Below, piece after piece: positions 13,191 through 25,516 of a DNA stretch of 64,000 nucleotides. The number at the start of each line of letters is the position of its first letter. Positions within the stretch are counted from its first letter, which is position 1. Origin of the DNA: Lingula anatina (taxonomy: Eukaryota > Animalia > Brachiopoda); the NCBI GenBank assembly GCA_051362555.1, contig CM120640.1, positions 7,068,001 to 7,132,000 on the forward strand. Direction: 5' to 3'. The notes under the pieces were generated by a model that saw nothing but the letters and a program-made list of their open reading frames with translations, did not search any database and was not told the origin of the DNA. The position numbers and the translations under genes are program-made.

Positions 13191-16100
13191 TGTGTGTGAA
13201 TTCCACCAAAATATCGCAGCATTTTGTCGTTGAAGTTTTAGACAGAAATTTATTAACTGTTATTTACTGTTTTCTCTTCGTTTCATTTTAAATAATTAAT
13301 ACACTTCAATACAAAGTTACTCATTTGACCCAATCCTAATTTGCTTAAAATCCTTTTTCTCTAGACGACGGTAAAAGCTGTCAATTCTAATCTGTTGATC
13401 TGCTCGGAATAAGGTTGGAAAGGTTTCAACCTCCCGGGGGATTGTTGATGAATTGCATGTGGATAATACATTTGTATAATGGTTACCTGATAACAACAGT
13501 GTTGAAGTGTCTCCTGCAATAGGTGTACCTCTCATGTTCATTAGCCAAGAAAGGTCGCTTTAATTCTAACATCAATATTTCAATAACAGAGCACATTGCA
13601 ATGCAAATCAAGGACAACCCCCAAGATGGAAGTACGCTGTGTTCATTGATAGTCCTGACATGTTGCCTCTTTCACACACAGGACACTTATCAGTGAACTC
13701 AACGTACTTTCGTTTTGGTAGTTTAACCCCCTGTAAATGATAACAAAGACAACTGTACTCTAGACCTACCTGTCTGAGCTGTTGTTCTAACGGGTTTGTT
13801 CCCTCCGTTGAAAGTGAAACAAATGCCGTGATCTGTTTGAATCCTCTCGAAGTCGGAGTCGGAACAAAGCTCGTTGTTCCAGCGGCAACTAAAATACAGT
13901 GCATACTTTTTATTTGCCAAACTTAATAACTTTTTAACATAAAAGCAACATGTATCCTTTTTAAAACTAAAATAAATTAAAAAATCTGAGATGAAAATGT
14001 ACATATTTTGTTGAAATCAAGTTCAAATCAAATATCTACTTTTGTATTACAGTGAGACTAGCTGTAAAAATCAGCGAGTATAGGGGTTACAGGCAAGGTA
14101 ACCGTACTGCAGGTGAGTACCTTAGTATCATATCTTCTTTGGTATGTGCATTTAGTTGGAATATGTCCCCTATCGTGCCATTTCTGGCTCTATCTGTGTG
14201 ATTCCCAGTGATCACACTCGAGTAAAGCTCATCTATTATTTCGTAGTGACCATTTTCCGCTGCTTTTGACATCCTGAAATACGTCCACAATCAGTATGAT
14301 GGTGGAATAGCATCCCCAACCAACAGTTAGTTGTACTTCCAATATTTTAACAAGAAGTAAAGGCTATTGTGACCTTCTACCAATTTTTTATTCGATGCCC
14401 ACAGATATCTATCTGGCTTTTCTGTGCATAGTTCATTACTGTACCAGTGAGATTATTTAATGACGTAATTATCACCTATCTAGCCTATCTGGTAGAGAAA
14501 AGTCCAGTACTGACATTCCAGATGAGCTTAACAAGCAGCCATCTTTATTTTACAGGCAAAAAGAAGCAATGCAGACTTTTTTCTTTAAGAAATAATCGCG
14601 GAGTAAAGCAAATTTTGACTTCGTATTACTTTTGGATAGCCATTAAAACTTGAATATATTACTTTTTAAGTTCTGAAAAAGAGTATGGGCCTTTGAAATT
14701 CACACAGTATCAGAAGTCTTTTCACTGATTATTTATATTATACCGATTTGATTGTTTGTACATCAGCTTACTGGAATAAATATAAGTTACAGTGTACACA
14801 CATTCCATGAAATAACTTACTTGAATGCGTTCAGGTTGCATATTGTAACGGCAGGGAAGGTTATTTTGTCAGCATAATTGATTTTGACGTTGACAGTGAC
14901 CGGCCAAGAGCGATAGTATATGACAGACTCTATCAGCTGCATTAGAAACAGACCGGCCCCAAGCAAAACCAGAAAAATCCATATAACTCTGAAAAACAAA
15001 CAAAGAACATGTCATCAATGCCTGATCCAATTCATTTTATACTGAAACTTCAAATTACATTCCGGTTTTTTTTTCGGGGGTTGGGGGTCGGGGTTGGTGT
15101 AATTCAATGGTAGATGGAACTTCTTTACTAAATGCACAATTTGTTTTTTTTTATCATTAGTATGAATAGAGACAACTGTATTAACAGATTAAAATAAAGG
15201 TTTATTAGCCTATGGTTTGCAAATTGGCATATCGTTTTGATTCAAATTTTGTATCTGATTGTACGCTTCGGGCAAACGTCAGGGCCGTAGCCTGAGCAAA
15301 ATGCCAGGGGGGGGGGGGCAGTAAGCGGACACAAAGGGGCGAAGCTACCGAGGGGGGTGGGTGTGGTGTGTAAAATTCCAAATTCCAGGGGGGGCAGCTG
15401 CCCCCCCTGCCCCCCCGGAGGCTACGGCCCTGAACGTTGTCTACATGTCCTACACATCGAGAGTAGAATGAGACCCATTAAAGGCGCCAATGAGAAACAA
15501 CACGAGTGGACTGATATTTAGTCAGCGAATGGTCGAAACTCGAACACATCAGCAATCATTAATAATTTACATGTTCTGAAGACAGCTACTCCTTTTCAAA
15601 GTTCACTTTGCAGGTTCAGCAGTTCCTTTAACAATGGCATTTCATCATTATACAAGCTACTAAATTCTTAAGTGTAAGGATATAAGCCTTGTCAAGATTA
15701 AACATCTGTGTCTCTAAATGTCACTAACCCTTTGAAATTGATTTACCAATCAACTGCAATTTTAACATTTAATGGCGTAAGGGGGTCGACACGTTAGAAA
15801 TGTCTACCTTATCCGCTTAGATACATGTAGTGCAGAAATATACATTATCATGGTTTGAGAAAATTATGAGATAACAACGTGGTCTAAGGTGTAAAAATTC
15901 TGAAAATTGGCATGACGCCTAGGGCGGTTCCACTGTTTGATTTTTCATTTTTTTTCCTCGGAGATATGGGCCACTTGTTACAGTGGTCTATTTAAGGTAG
16001 AGACATCACTTCGCCCTCTTCACTGATAAAACCAGAAGTAAGCCTTCCAGGAAATTTCCGACTTCCAGTACACTTGATGTTGTGATTAAAACGGTGTTGC

Positions 16101-19034
16101 TGGCTGTTCTGGTTTAAAATCAATATTACGGTTTTCCAAAACGCCGTTGTTATGTCATCAACTTATAATTGCAAATACTCCCGGATGTATTTTGATGCGA
16201 CAGCATAACGTGACTACGTGTACTTCCGCATTATCTACACGGGTAAAGAAAATTAATGGGGTATTTTCCAGAAAATGAGACATTAAAATCATACTCTGGT
16301 AATCGATCACAATAGTTCACCTACAAAATTTGGACCCTTTCCCTTTCAGAAATCTTAAGTGCTGTCACGTTTCATAAATAATGAATCTCTGACCATCTGC
16401 GAAAATCACATAGCCTACGGATGAGTGCACCTTAGACCAATCTAAACGAAACTAACTATTCTTGATGGAATTATTCATTATTTTGATGAGTCGAAATAAT
16501 TCCCATACAAATGTTATTTCCTAGTTAATTACTGTGTGTGAAAATGGATTATGACATATCTGCACGTGTACAAAAGACCTGGGAGAAAAATCTCGGGTTT
16601 CATAGTACTATTGTACCCTGAGGATACAAAACTGACTTAAATCTCCGCTAGCAAAGGGGTACTGGTTATGAAAGTGGGTTTACAACAGACCCTGTACCTC
16701 AGGGTACGGGGTGTTTGGAGGGGGGGGGGAGTAATTCAGTGGCAAATGCTTCCTCTGTTCAAACATGAACCATGCGACTGGGTGCTTCCATTAGTTGTCA
16801 ACTAGAGCTCAATCGATAATTTTATCTATGGCATAACAATAGCATGATTCAACATTCTTGGTGGCATTGGGGGCCACTTTTCTGTCTTATCTTGTCTTAT
16901 CAAAAAAAAAAAATCAAACTTCGTTATTGACAACAAATACGCATGATTTGCATATACCACATTTCAAAGATTCACAATCTGTTAGTTGTATAAAGAATAA
17001 TTAGATAACGACGCATTAAAGATAATAATGAGAGATGGGAATGGACTTCAATCGAGAAGCCTAGAAATACACAGGGTCCTTAAAAATGTTTTAACGACCA
17101 ATGTTTTAGTGTTTTTTTTTTTTTTTGTCTAATTTTACGGCGTAATCAGTGTCATTAAAATTGACGTTTTATATAGGGCTTATTGATTTATCCATACAAT
17201 AGAGTAAGCTGTAAGAGAAACCTTTTTCATCATAAAGTATTATAACATGGGATTTTGAGAGAAATGCGATCACAAACAGTGCTTCGCTTCAAAGCTTTTG
17301 AAAGCACAGGGGCGTTTTAGTCTTTTTAAAAGTAGACTAAAATATTATTCATAACTTTGTCACATATCCATTAAAAAGGGAGGATAAATGATATTTTAAT
17401 ATTAAAATATATATTCAGACATCTTCAAAACTAGCCGTTAACCTCATTTACTATCTAAATATTTGGCGAGTTTGATGTTAAGTTCCATAAGGCCACACTT
17501 TTTTATTTTTATGGATGACATCCTCTGGGGACCCCAAAGTCGGTGCGAGCTGGCGAAAAAAAAAAAAAAACAGTCCAAAAAAAAAAAAAAAACTGCTTAA
17601 GAAAAGTTATGTTTTCAGTACACAGCTGGAAACACTAATTTACCACAGAAACACGTATCAAACTAACAACATGTCTTTATCCATGCTCTCAAAATATTAA
17701 AGCATTGTGAATAGGGCCTACCTCGTAGAAAGGTAAAAAGTCATGAATATATATGCTGCATATTACCAAATCTATTTAAGGTTATTTCATGCATTCTGTT
17801 GGTATAGAAACCAATAAAACAAATATCAAATAAATAGCGTGTCTTTATTTGTACTCTCAGAAAATTAAAGCATTGTAAACACTTCACAGAATTGTTTAAA
17901 AAATTAAGCAAAGATAGGCCTATGCTTCCTACTACTAAGGTAATTTCGGTCGATGCCATTTTGTCTACTTCGACTCACACGCTAGCAGCCAACTATCGGG
18001 TGGCCTTATATTTAGACCAAATTTAGACCAAATACCGCGACGCTCTTGTCGACCCTTTTTTCGCTCCAAAAAGAAACTGGTATGTGCTGCTTTGGACAGA
18101 ATGTCACTGAAATTTTCCGGGCGATGATTGCTGGCCGCGGCCAGCCTTTCGTAAAATTGTAAAAGGGTGATATCTCCATGTCCAATATCAATGGCAAACC
18201 AATCCAAAACGACGGCCCCCGTTCTCTTTATGACTTTAATTGTCGTGTATTTTGAAATTAATGCTAGAGATGAAGTTGACGGCAAAACGGCCATATTTCC
18301 ATGTGGTGATAATACGCATGCGCAGAAAGCTCATTTTCCACACTCGGAACTACTCGGATGTCTCCGCAGTCGACAATGACAGTATGGAGCTTGCGGAATT
18401 AGCAGAGAATTGCCGATTGCATTTTCCGGCAAATTCAATAACGATGTTTGCGACAACCGACTTCCTTTGGGGGGGGGGGGGGGGGGGGGGGGCGGTTTGG
18501 GGGGGGGGGGGATTTTTTTTTTTTTTTTTTTTGGAGAACGGACGAAAATCGGTGCGCGCGCAGGATGTCATCCATAAAATTAAAAAAGTGTGGCCTAAGC
18601 AGAAATTTGTCACTATAATTCGCCTTACGTTTTCCCAATATATCAAATGCATACAGTATATGCATATTTATATACAACTGCTTAAGTGAAATGTTGTCAG
18701 TCGTGAGAAACTCGTTACATCGAGCGCTTATGGTGCCCGTAAAAAAATTCAGAGCAATCCATTGTCGAAAGTTATGAATTTTCAAACATTTTCAAGCATT
18801 TTTTAAATTTTTATGATTTCCAAACCTTCTCAGCATAAAAGGCGTGTCTTCAACTATCTTCCCAACTCCATGGAAAGTGGTCACGGTGCTGAATGTAGCA
18901 AATGCACTCTTCCACGTTGGCTCCTCTTCACTCTCCTCCTCTTTCGCTTTGAAGTCCGTGTCTATAACATTGACTCCGTAACTAAAATTGCCGTTCAAAT
19001 TTTTCTTTACTTCAGGCAAGTTGTTAAGTTCCAT
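8530..19034 (-). CDS. DEG/ENaC (ASIC-like) sodium channel subunit with ~500-aa extracellular insertion, copy 1 (967 aa, 10 coding exons)
   Basis: Exons 19034-18826, 14988-14821, 14273-14121, 13888-13770, 12776-12595, 12040-11884, 11594-11538, 11306-9665, 9254-9163, 8654-8530 total 2904 nt with GT-AG introns. Motifs: TTFHG, TM1 VIWIFLVLLG, FPAVTICNLN, GICFTFN, GLRLTINIEQYEY, a Cys-rich thumb, ENFLQLDVF, and TM2 SDIGGSLGLFVGAS. Confidence 0.93.
13141..13198. repeat. (TG)n(CG)n(TG)n alternating purine-pyrimidine tract
   Basis: Directly visible 58-bp tract in intron 4 of channel copy 1. Confidence 0.9.
15280..15432. mobile_element. 153-bp MITE
   Basis: TIR cagggccgtagcct / aggctacggccctg, flanked by the direct repeat aacgt (15275-79, 15433-37). 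G-rich interior. Confidence 0.8.
17491..18595. mobile_element. Non-autonomous PIF/Harbinger-like DNA transposon, 1.1 kb
   Basis: ~34-bp TIRs (ggccacacttttttatttttatggatgacatcct / aggatgtcatccataaaattaaaaaagtgtggcc) with a TAA target-site duplication on both sides. Not seen in intron 1 of the paralog. Confidence 0.85.
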
Positions 19035-19769
19035 TTTTCCGCTCCTGAAAAAAATCATATATGATTACTTTGGACCTGTATTATATTCAGTTTTCCATAC
19101 CCACAAATATATAAATCGCGGGGACCGATTAGCGGGCAATTTGTGTTTAAGTCTTGTTGGTGCTTATGGGGTTGTTCCACAATCTACGCCTACAATTCTT
19201 ATGAAAATATTAGCCCAGCTTCCGTTTTACGGAGAATCTCAAAGGTACTTTACTCCAGTTTGGTCCCCAAACAAACTATGGTTGTCTTGATAATATATCA
19301 TTAAATTATCCAAAATCCACATGTTATTGAATGTCGGTCAATCATTCATAACGTCATCGGCTATCGTTTTCACCAGTCTGAGCCACGTGCATTTTGGAAA
19401 ACAAGACCCAGTATATATTAACCAACGGATAAAACGAAAATGCAATTCTCTGCTTGTGAAACGAAAAACTTGCTGTCATTATTAACGTTATACTTACTTG
19501 ATGACAGCTGGGTAGTTAAGATAACCACAAATGATGAATCACGCGACGCCTATTAAAATGGGAAATATGGTCTATATCCTAGATTTATTATTGCAAATCT
19601 CTTAAAATCTAAATTACAACTAAATCAACGACAATGTAGTAGTTGCAATCATCTGTTGTTTAGATCATGCGAAGAGTAGCAAGATAAAATCAAAATCTAC
19701 TTTCTATTCATACTCATGCTGCCATGCATGTTATGCCAATTGTATCAGATTTAATGTCTGGTTTCTTTA

Positions 19770-20010
19770 TGTTTAGCACATTTCAATGGTGGCTGAACAT
19801 AGCTCGGCCGGATGGGCTATGTTGCGGTTTTTGTCCTTTCTAACATATTTACTGGTATTACCCCCATCAGCACAGGAAATATATATCGACATTTCTGCAT
19901 TTCTGACAAATGGAACCAGATTTCGATTTTTTAATGGCCTCAGAGTCTTTATCAGACATACAAAGTTAGTACATTTAGCCATTGTAGCGTATTTACACTA
20001 GTGCCAGAAG
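19770..20010 (-). promoter_or_regulatory. Conserved upstream non-coding block of channel copy 1 (candidate promoter/5' exon)
   Basis: Reverse-complement match to 46868-47100 upstream of copy 2. A shared putative non-coding donor (caa|gtaagt) lies near 19497 in copy 1 and 47385 in copy 2. Confidence 0.5.
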
Positions 20011-20153
20011 ATGATACACTATGGCTGTTTGAGCTGCCAAAGCATTGGCCTTGTCTGAAACTTTCTTAAAACTTATTTACTAAAAAGACTAGCCCTAGTT
20101 GTGGTGGTACAAATGTTCGTACACACCTTCCATTAGAACCTGTCTATCCGCAC

Positions 20154-20867
20154 TTAATAATACCCATTGTAGAATTATAGCCCTTTGATTGGTCAGTTGC
20201 AGTGTCCTATTCTGTCTAGCATGCTTGTGTTTTACTCTCATCTACAGACAGATAGATTGGCCTCATTTCTACGCCTCTGATTGGTCACTTACAAAGCCCT
20301 GTTCAAATGTTGTTTGGCATGTCAAAATTTACTTTCACTTGTTTGGAATCTTTTTAAAAATATTTTCAGATACTGGTATTGTAATTGTTAAAAGGTGTTA
20401 AATATTTTTCTTCTTTTTTTGTAGATTCGGATTGTTAAAAAGTACACCAGCAATCACATGTACTATCAATTAACTGGAGAATAACCAGCAAACCAAAAGT
20501 TTTATTTCTTTCTTTTGTATCTTGGTTGCTAGCCGGTGTAAAAAAAGACATTTCATCATGAACTATGAAGTCTAGGTCCCAGTTAGGGGAAATAGCAATA
20601 AAACGAAATTAGATACATGTAAAACCGCTGCACTGCGTGCCAAAATCTGCGCCCAGGCAAATGTTATTTTAAAACTCATTTGTTAAATTTTAACATTCCA
20701 TTGTGTGTCTTGTAATATTAGCACTAATATCTGTGACTGTGTCTAATCTTTCAATTAGATAATCACATCCTCATTGTCTGTATGCTTATATATATAAATG
20801 ATGTAGGCCTATAATGATAAATTATTTGCTGTCGATCCCCCTATAGGCTACTTTCGTGTTATATTAA
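20154..20867. mobile_element. Possible Crypton-like non-autonomous element
   Basis: Imperfect short terminal IRs (ttaataatac... / ...gttatattaa) and repeated gattggtc/gattggcc motifs near one end. The family call rests on recalled resemblance only. Confidence 0.35.
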
Positions 20868-22404
20868 GACTTGTGCAAATTGAGCTAAACCATTTTCAGT
20901 CTCTGCTCAATGCATTCTTTCTTAAGAGCCGTGACTCGATATTTTGATTATCCTGGTTTATTCAGTTTTTACTGTTCAATATCTTTTATCAATTATTTAT
21001 AGCCAAAGTGTCATGTCGTACAAATTCCCATTTCCTTATAGTCTGGTATATACTAACTATATTTTAGACATCTAAGTGTCTGCACCGTCTGTACCTTAAC
21101 TGTTTGTGTCCATGACAGCTCTTATCGGCCATTTTGATCGGTCAGACCTTTGTCATATTTTTAGTCTTAATATCCTGTTCATTAGTAGGCCTAGGATGTT
21201 CTAAAAAAGCGACCTTGATTGGCCAAATGTCCAACTATCAATGTTTGTGCGTGTTTGTTTGCTTACTACGTATAGTTAGTGGAATGTTTGTTGTAATTTA
21301 AGATGGAGGAAACGTAAAGTACTTGATATCGATATTTCCTGTCACGATGGCGACCTATATGAATCACGACACGATGGCTAGGGTTGATCACTGTCTGTAC
21401 CTTAGCTATCTGCCTGTACACACTACACACGTTGCAATGTCACTCTAATCCCATGGGTGAGCGTTGCGTTTCTTTCCTTTGATAAAACGTATTGCACTCA
21501 AGTTTCAGAATAACAGAACCATGCTTAGAACGGACAAATCAATCCGGAAAAAAGTTTGCTTTGCTCCTTACAAGTAGACAATACAAACATAATTGTGCTT
21601 ATATCAGCTGTTACTCTTAAGTTGGTCGATGTTCTAGATTTCCTTTACCGTCAAACATGCACATTATTTTTACAAATTGAGTTATCAGATAGGCGTACTG
21701 ATGCGACACTTCTTTACTCCATTGGTGCGATATCGTCTAATGCAGGAGATTGCGTTTCATGGATCAAATTTTCAAAAAAAAAAAAAAATAAAAAATAAAA
21801 AAATAAAAATTAATAAGTTAAAAAAATTAAATAAATGTGTCAGCGAAAAAGAAATTGTAATTAATAAGAACCCATTCTGGTAATCCCCCGTTCTTTATTA
21901 TTCCGCTATGCTATCTGACCAGATTGTGCTCATATAATCTTCTATCATCTTGTTTTTCATCTACGGGATAATTACATTATACTCTACCTTATTATTCCAT
22001 TAGAATTGGCGTCAGTACCTGTGCCAAACTGAGAAACAATTGGTCCGTTCATGTCGTATTCCCCAGTTTACATTGACGATTCAGCTCACGTATGGTGTGT
22101 TTGGGCGTGTTGCAGCTAGTTTATGTAGTCGATATTTACCTTAATAGATGTGCATATTAATGAGATATGAATGAAGAATGAAATGAAGTGGATCCATACG
22201 AGTAGGAGCCTATTATCCCTATTGAAATTTGATCATTTAGTCGCTTTCTTGATTCCCGTACATCTTAAGATATAAGATTTTAATGTAAATATATGGTGAC
22301 TGATATCTCATTTATGGGACGTGGAACTTCTAATACCGGGGTGGGGTGCTGGGGGGGGGGGGGGCGTGTATTTGGTATATCTTGTGTAATAAGTATAAAT
22401 GACA

Positions 22405-22452
<48 letters not shown>

Positions 22453-23302
22453 AGCTTTGACACTATATAATAATAATAATAATAGTATACGGACAATACA
22501 ACTGGCAAGAGATACTTATTTTCAAAATATACGCACCGAGCGTTCAGCTGCAGAAAAAAAAAACAATTGACAGACAAGTGTCCGCAAGCAAGGTAACAAA
22601 GGACAATATTGGTCATGAGTGACTGCATTTGTAGATTAGAGCAATCCCAAACCATCCTACACAATCTAAGTGCCAATTCATTATCGTTCAACTATTGTGT
22701 GCACAAAGCCAAAAGACTAAAAAGAGTATCAGTACTCGATATCGTTGATTTTTTAAATTAATTCCTACTTAACTGGATTCCATCTCAATCCAGATCAATT
22801 CTAGCCATTGATTAATCGGTTTACTTCATGTTCATTTTTGTTGTCTTTCAACATTATCATTTTCTATAAATCAGCTAATTAATTGATCCATCAACTGAAT
22901 ATGGATCACACCAAAATCTAGCCCATTTCTTACCTATCCCGATAATTTCATCATAACCCGTTCATAAATGTCTGTTGCTAACAGACTTTTTAATTAACTA
23001 ATTAATCAATGAATTGGGACCAAAATCTTATGGTTTGTTACTTGGTCCCCTTCGACAAAAATCCGCCCACAACTATTTCCCTAATGTTAACCATTGTACT
23101 GGTACAGGTTGTACTTCTGCTGGTGGTTTTTACCATTAGGTGCATCAACATCCTTAACTTTTTTTGTCCCTTTCTGGCAATTAGTATTTGGTATTTTTAC
23201 AGTTAAACCGACACCAAGGGATTTATGCATAAGTTTACTAAAAATAACATGACCCATATCATGTTAAATTCACTTGTTAGGGAGTTTGGAAATACATAGT
23301 TT

Positions 23303-23538
23303 AACTAGAAAAGCACTCCGAGAGAGCAGACCTTCGCCAAGGCAGCAATTTTATTATTATTATTGATTGATTATTGATCCGGATCACCACCAAAAATTAT
23401 TCATCTGTTCCTTGGCCCACTTCTGACAGTTTCTGAAAATTTCAATAAAATCGGTCCATAACTTTTTAAGTTATGTTGATGACAGACAGACAGACAAACA
23501 AACAGGGGTGAAAACATAACCTCCTTGGCGGAGGTAAT
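23303..23538 (-). mobile_element. Short HINE/DINE-1-like element, family C
   Basis: On the minus strand: attacctccgccaagg subTIR, a (GTTT)/(GTCT)n microsatellite, 3' subTIR ccttggcgaaggt, an imperfect stem-loop and a terminal CTAGTT. Confidence 0.8.
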
Positions 23539-24317
23539 CAACGGCAGTATTAATTCTCCGGTTATAGTGTTCAAGTCGAGTTCTTACTCGTGCAATTCTC
23601 GTCCGTTTCTGGTTCTAACAATGATATCGATCTAAATCTTTTGATCTAAAGGGTCCTTGGAGGAACTTATAAAAGCCCAGGAGTCTATCTAGCTTATTGA
23701 TACTGAAGCAGTGGGGTACACAACACAAAATCAGGCATGGTCCTGAAAATCGCTACATGTTAACAATGTGGCGGAGCAAGCCACAAAGCAATTTCCTAAT
23801 GAAGAAAATTCTCTTTTGTAAACAGTCATTGCGTGAGCACACACAGACAAAAAATAAATGAAATAACGAATACATGACCACCAAGACCAAGGTATTCTTG
23901 ACAGTGATTTTCCGCCCATCAAGTTGAATGCTACTCAAGAACAAGAGGCAGTCGGTTCAATAAAACACTGCAAAAATAACATTAAATTCAGACAACTCGG
24001 GGGAAAAGTTTGCAAAGACTGGGGGGCTCCTTTTGTTGTTAAAAAATTTGAGACAGAGACATATTCCTTCAATTGTTGTACATTTCATCAATAAAACCCT
24101 CAAAACGAAATGCAGTAATTTCATCACGCTTATTATTATTATAAAAGGCTTACATTACTTCAGAAGTCTCAATGCCCACAGTTAATCAACATGGAAACAC
24201 ACTACCACTCTGCTTCCAAGAGTCCGTACTGTTGAACAAGACACAATCGTTTTTATAATGCTGTAACGTTATACAATAGCTTTATACTGTAACATTAATA
24301 TAGTTATCGTGAATGTT

Positions 24318-25480
24318 TTAATACACCACAGAAAATCCCCGAGTTTGCATTTGAACACAACTGTCTGCATGTTCTTCAATTTCCAGCACTGAGAACCCCG
24401 CTCCACAGATAGGGCACGACACTTTCTCCACATTTCCATTTGATGAAAAGGGCGAAGATTGTGTTTGTTGAGCTAGTGATGATTGTGACTGTGACGACTG
24501 GGAGTATTCCATCCAAGGAGGAGATTGTGACGGAGAAGAGGGGAAGCTGGATACCTCCCCGCACATGGCTGCATGGTGTTCAATTTCATCTCGACTAAAA
24601 GTATCTGAAGAAATAAACAAAACATTTAAGAGGTACAAAAACAGTCATTAACATCTAATTTCTACAAGGCTGTGCTTACAAAAAAGTACAGATTACACTT
24701 TCTTATTATAAAGAATGAAGATAAGGTAAAGACAAATTGTGAAGCAAATAAGTTTTTAATAACATTGCAAAAACGACACTTTTCAATGGAAATCTTTTAA
24801 TGGAAATCTTGATATTTTGTATCTTTTGCAATTCTTTAAAAATAACTTCCATATCAAGCTCAGTATGTATATTGTTCTGTTCTCCTGGCAAGACAAAGGT
24901 CAAAGAAAAAGTTATAATGCTGTTGACCAGACTTACCTCCACATATTGGACACTCTGTAGTGTTTTGAATATTATCACTAGCAGAATCCGTATTTGTAGA
25001 TTTTAAATCTACCCGTGTCTCATCTGGTACAGTTTGCACACTGTGTTTCCTGTCATAAACCAATCTCTTGGACCTTTTTCCTTTTGTACTCTGCGGTACT
25101 GTCACATTTCTCTCACTGGCACTGGATGGATAACTTGAACTGGATATGTCTGGTTTATGGTTTACTCTATGTCCTTTATGACCTGTGGTTGCAATTCTTG
25201 TTTCACCCTCAACATTCTCACTTCCACTGCTGTGTGGTGAATGAGAGGTTTCTAGAGACTTTATCTCTTTCTCGTCACAATCCATTTCAGTAATAAAAGC
25301 CTGAGCCATATCAAGAAACAGTTTCTTTTCCTCTTTACATAATTTCCTGCATTTAAGTTTCTCCATCTGATGTCTTAAATCTGAGGAATAAAAATATAAA
25401 TATATAACAATAAACTGCTAGTGTTAAAACATAAATACATTTTAAAATTTATTGTTATGTGAACATACATAAATGCATGT

Positions 25481-25516
<36 letters not shown>

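Noticed and set aside
17965-18785. Overlapping ORFs within the 1.1-kb Harbinger-like element
   Set aside because: No transposase or Myb-like motifs recognised; several of the ORFs run through poly-G/poly-T tracts.
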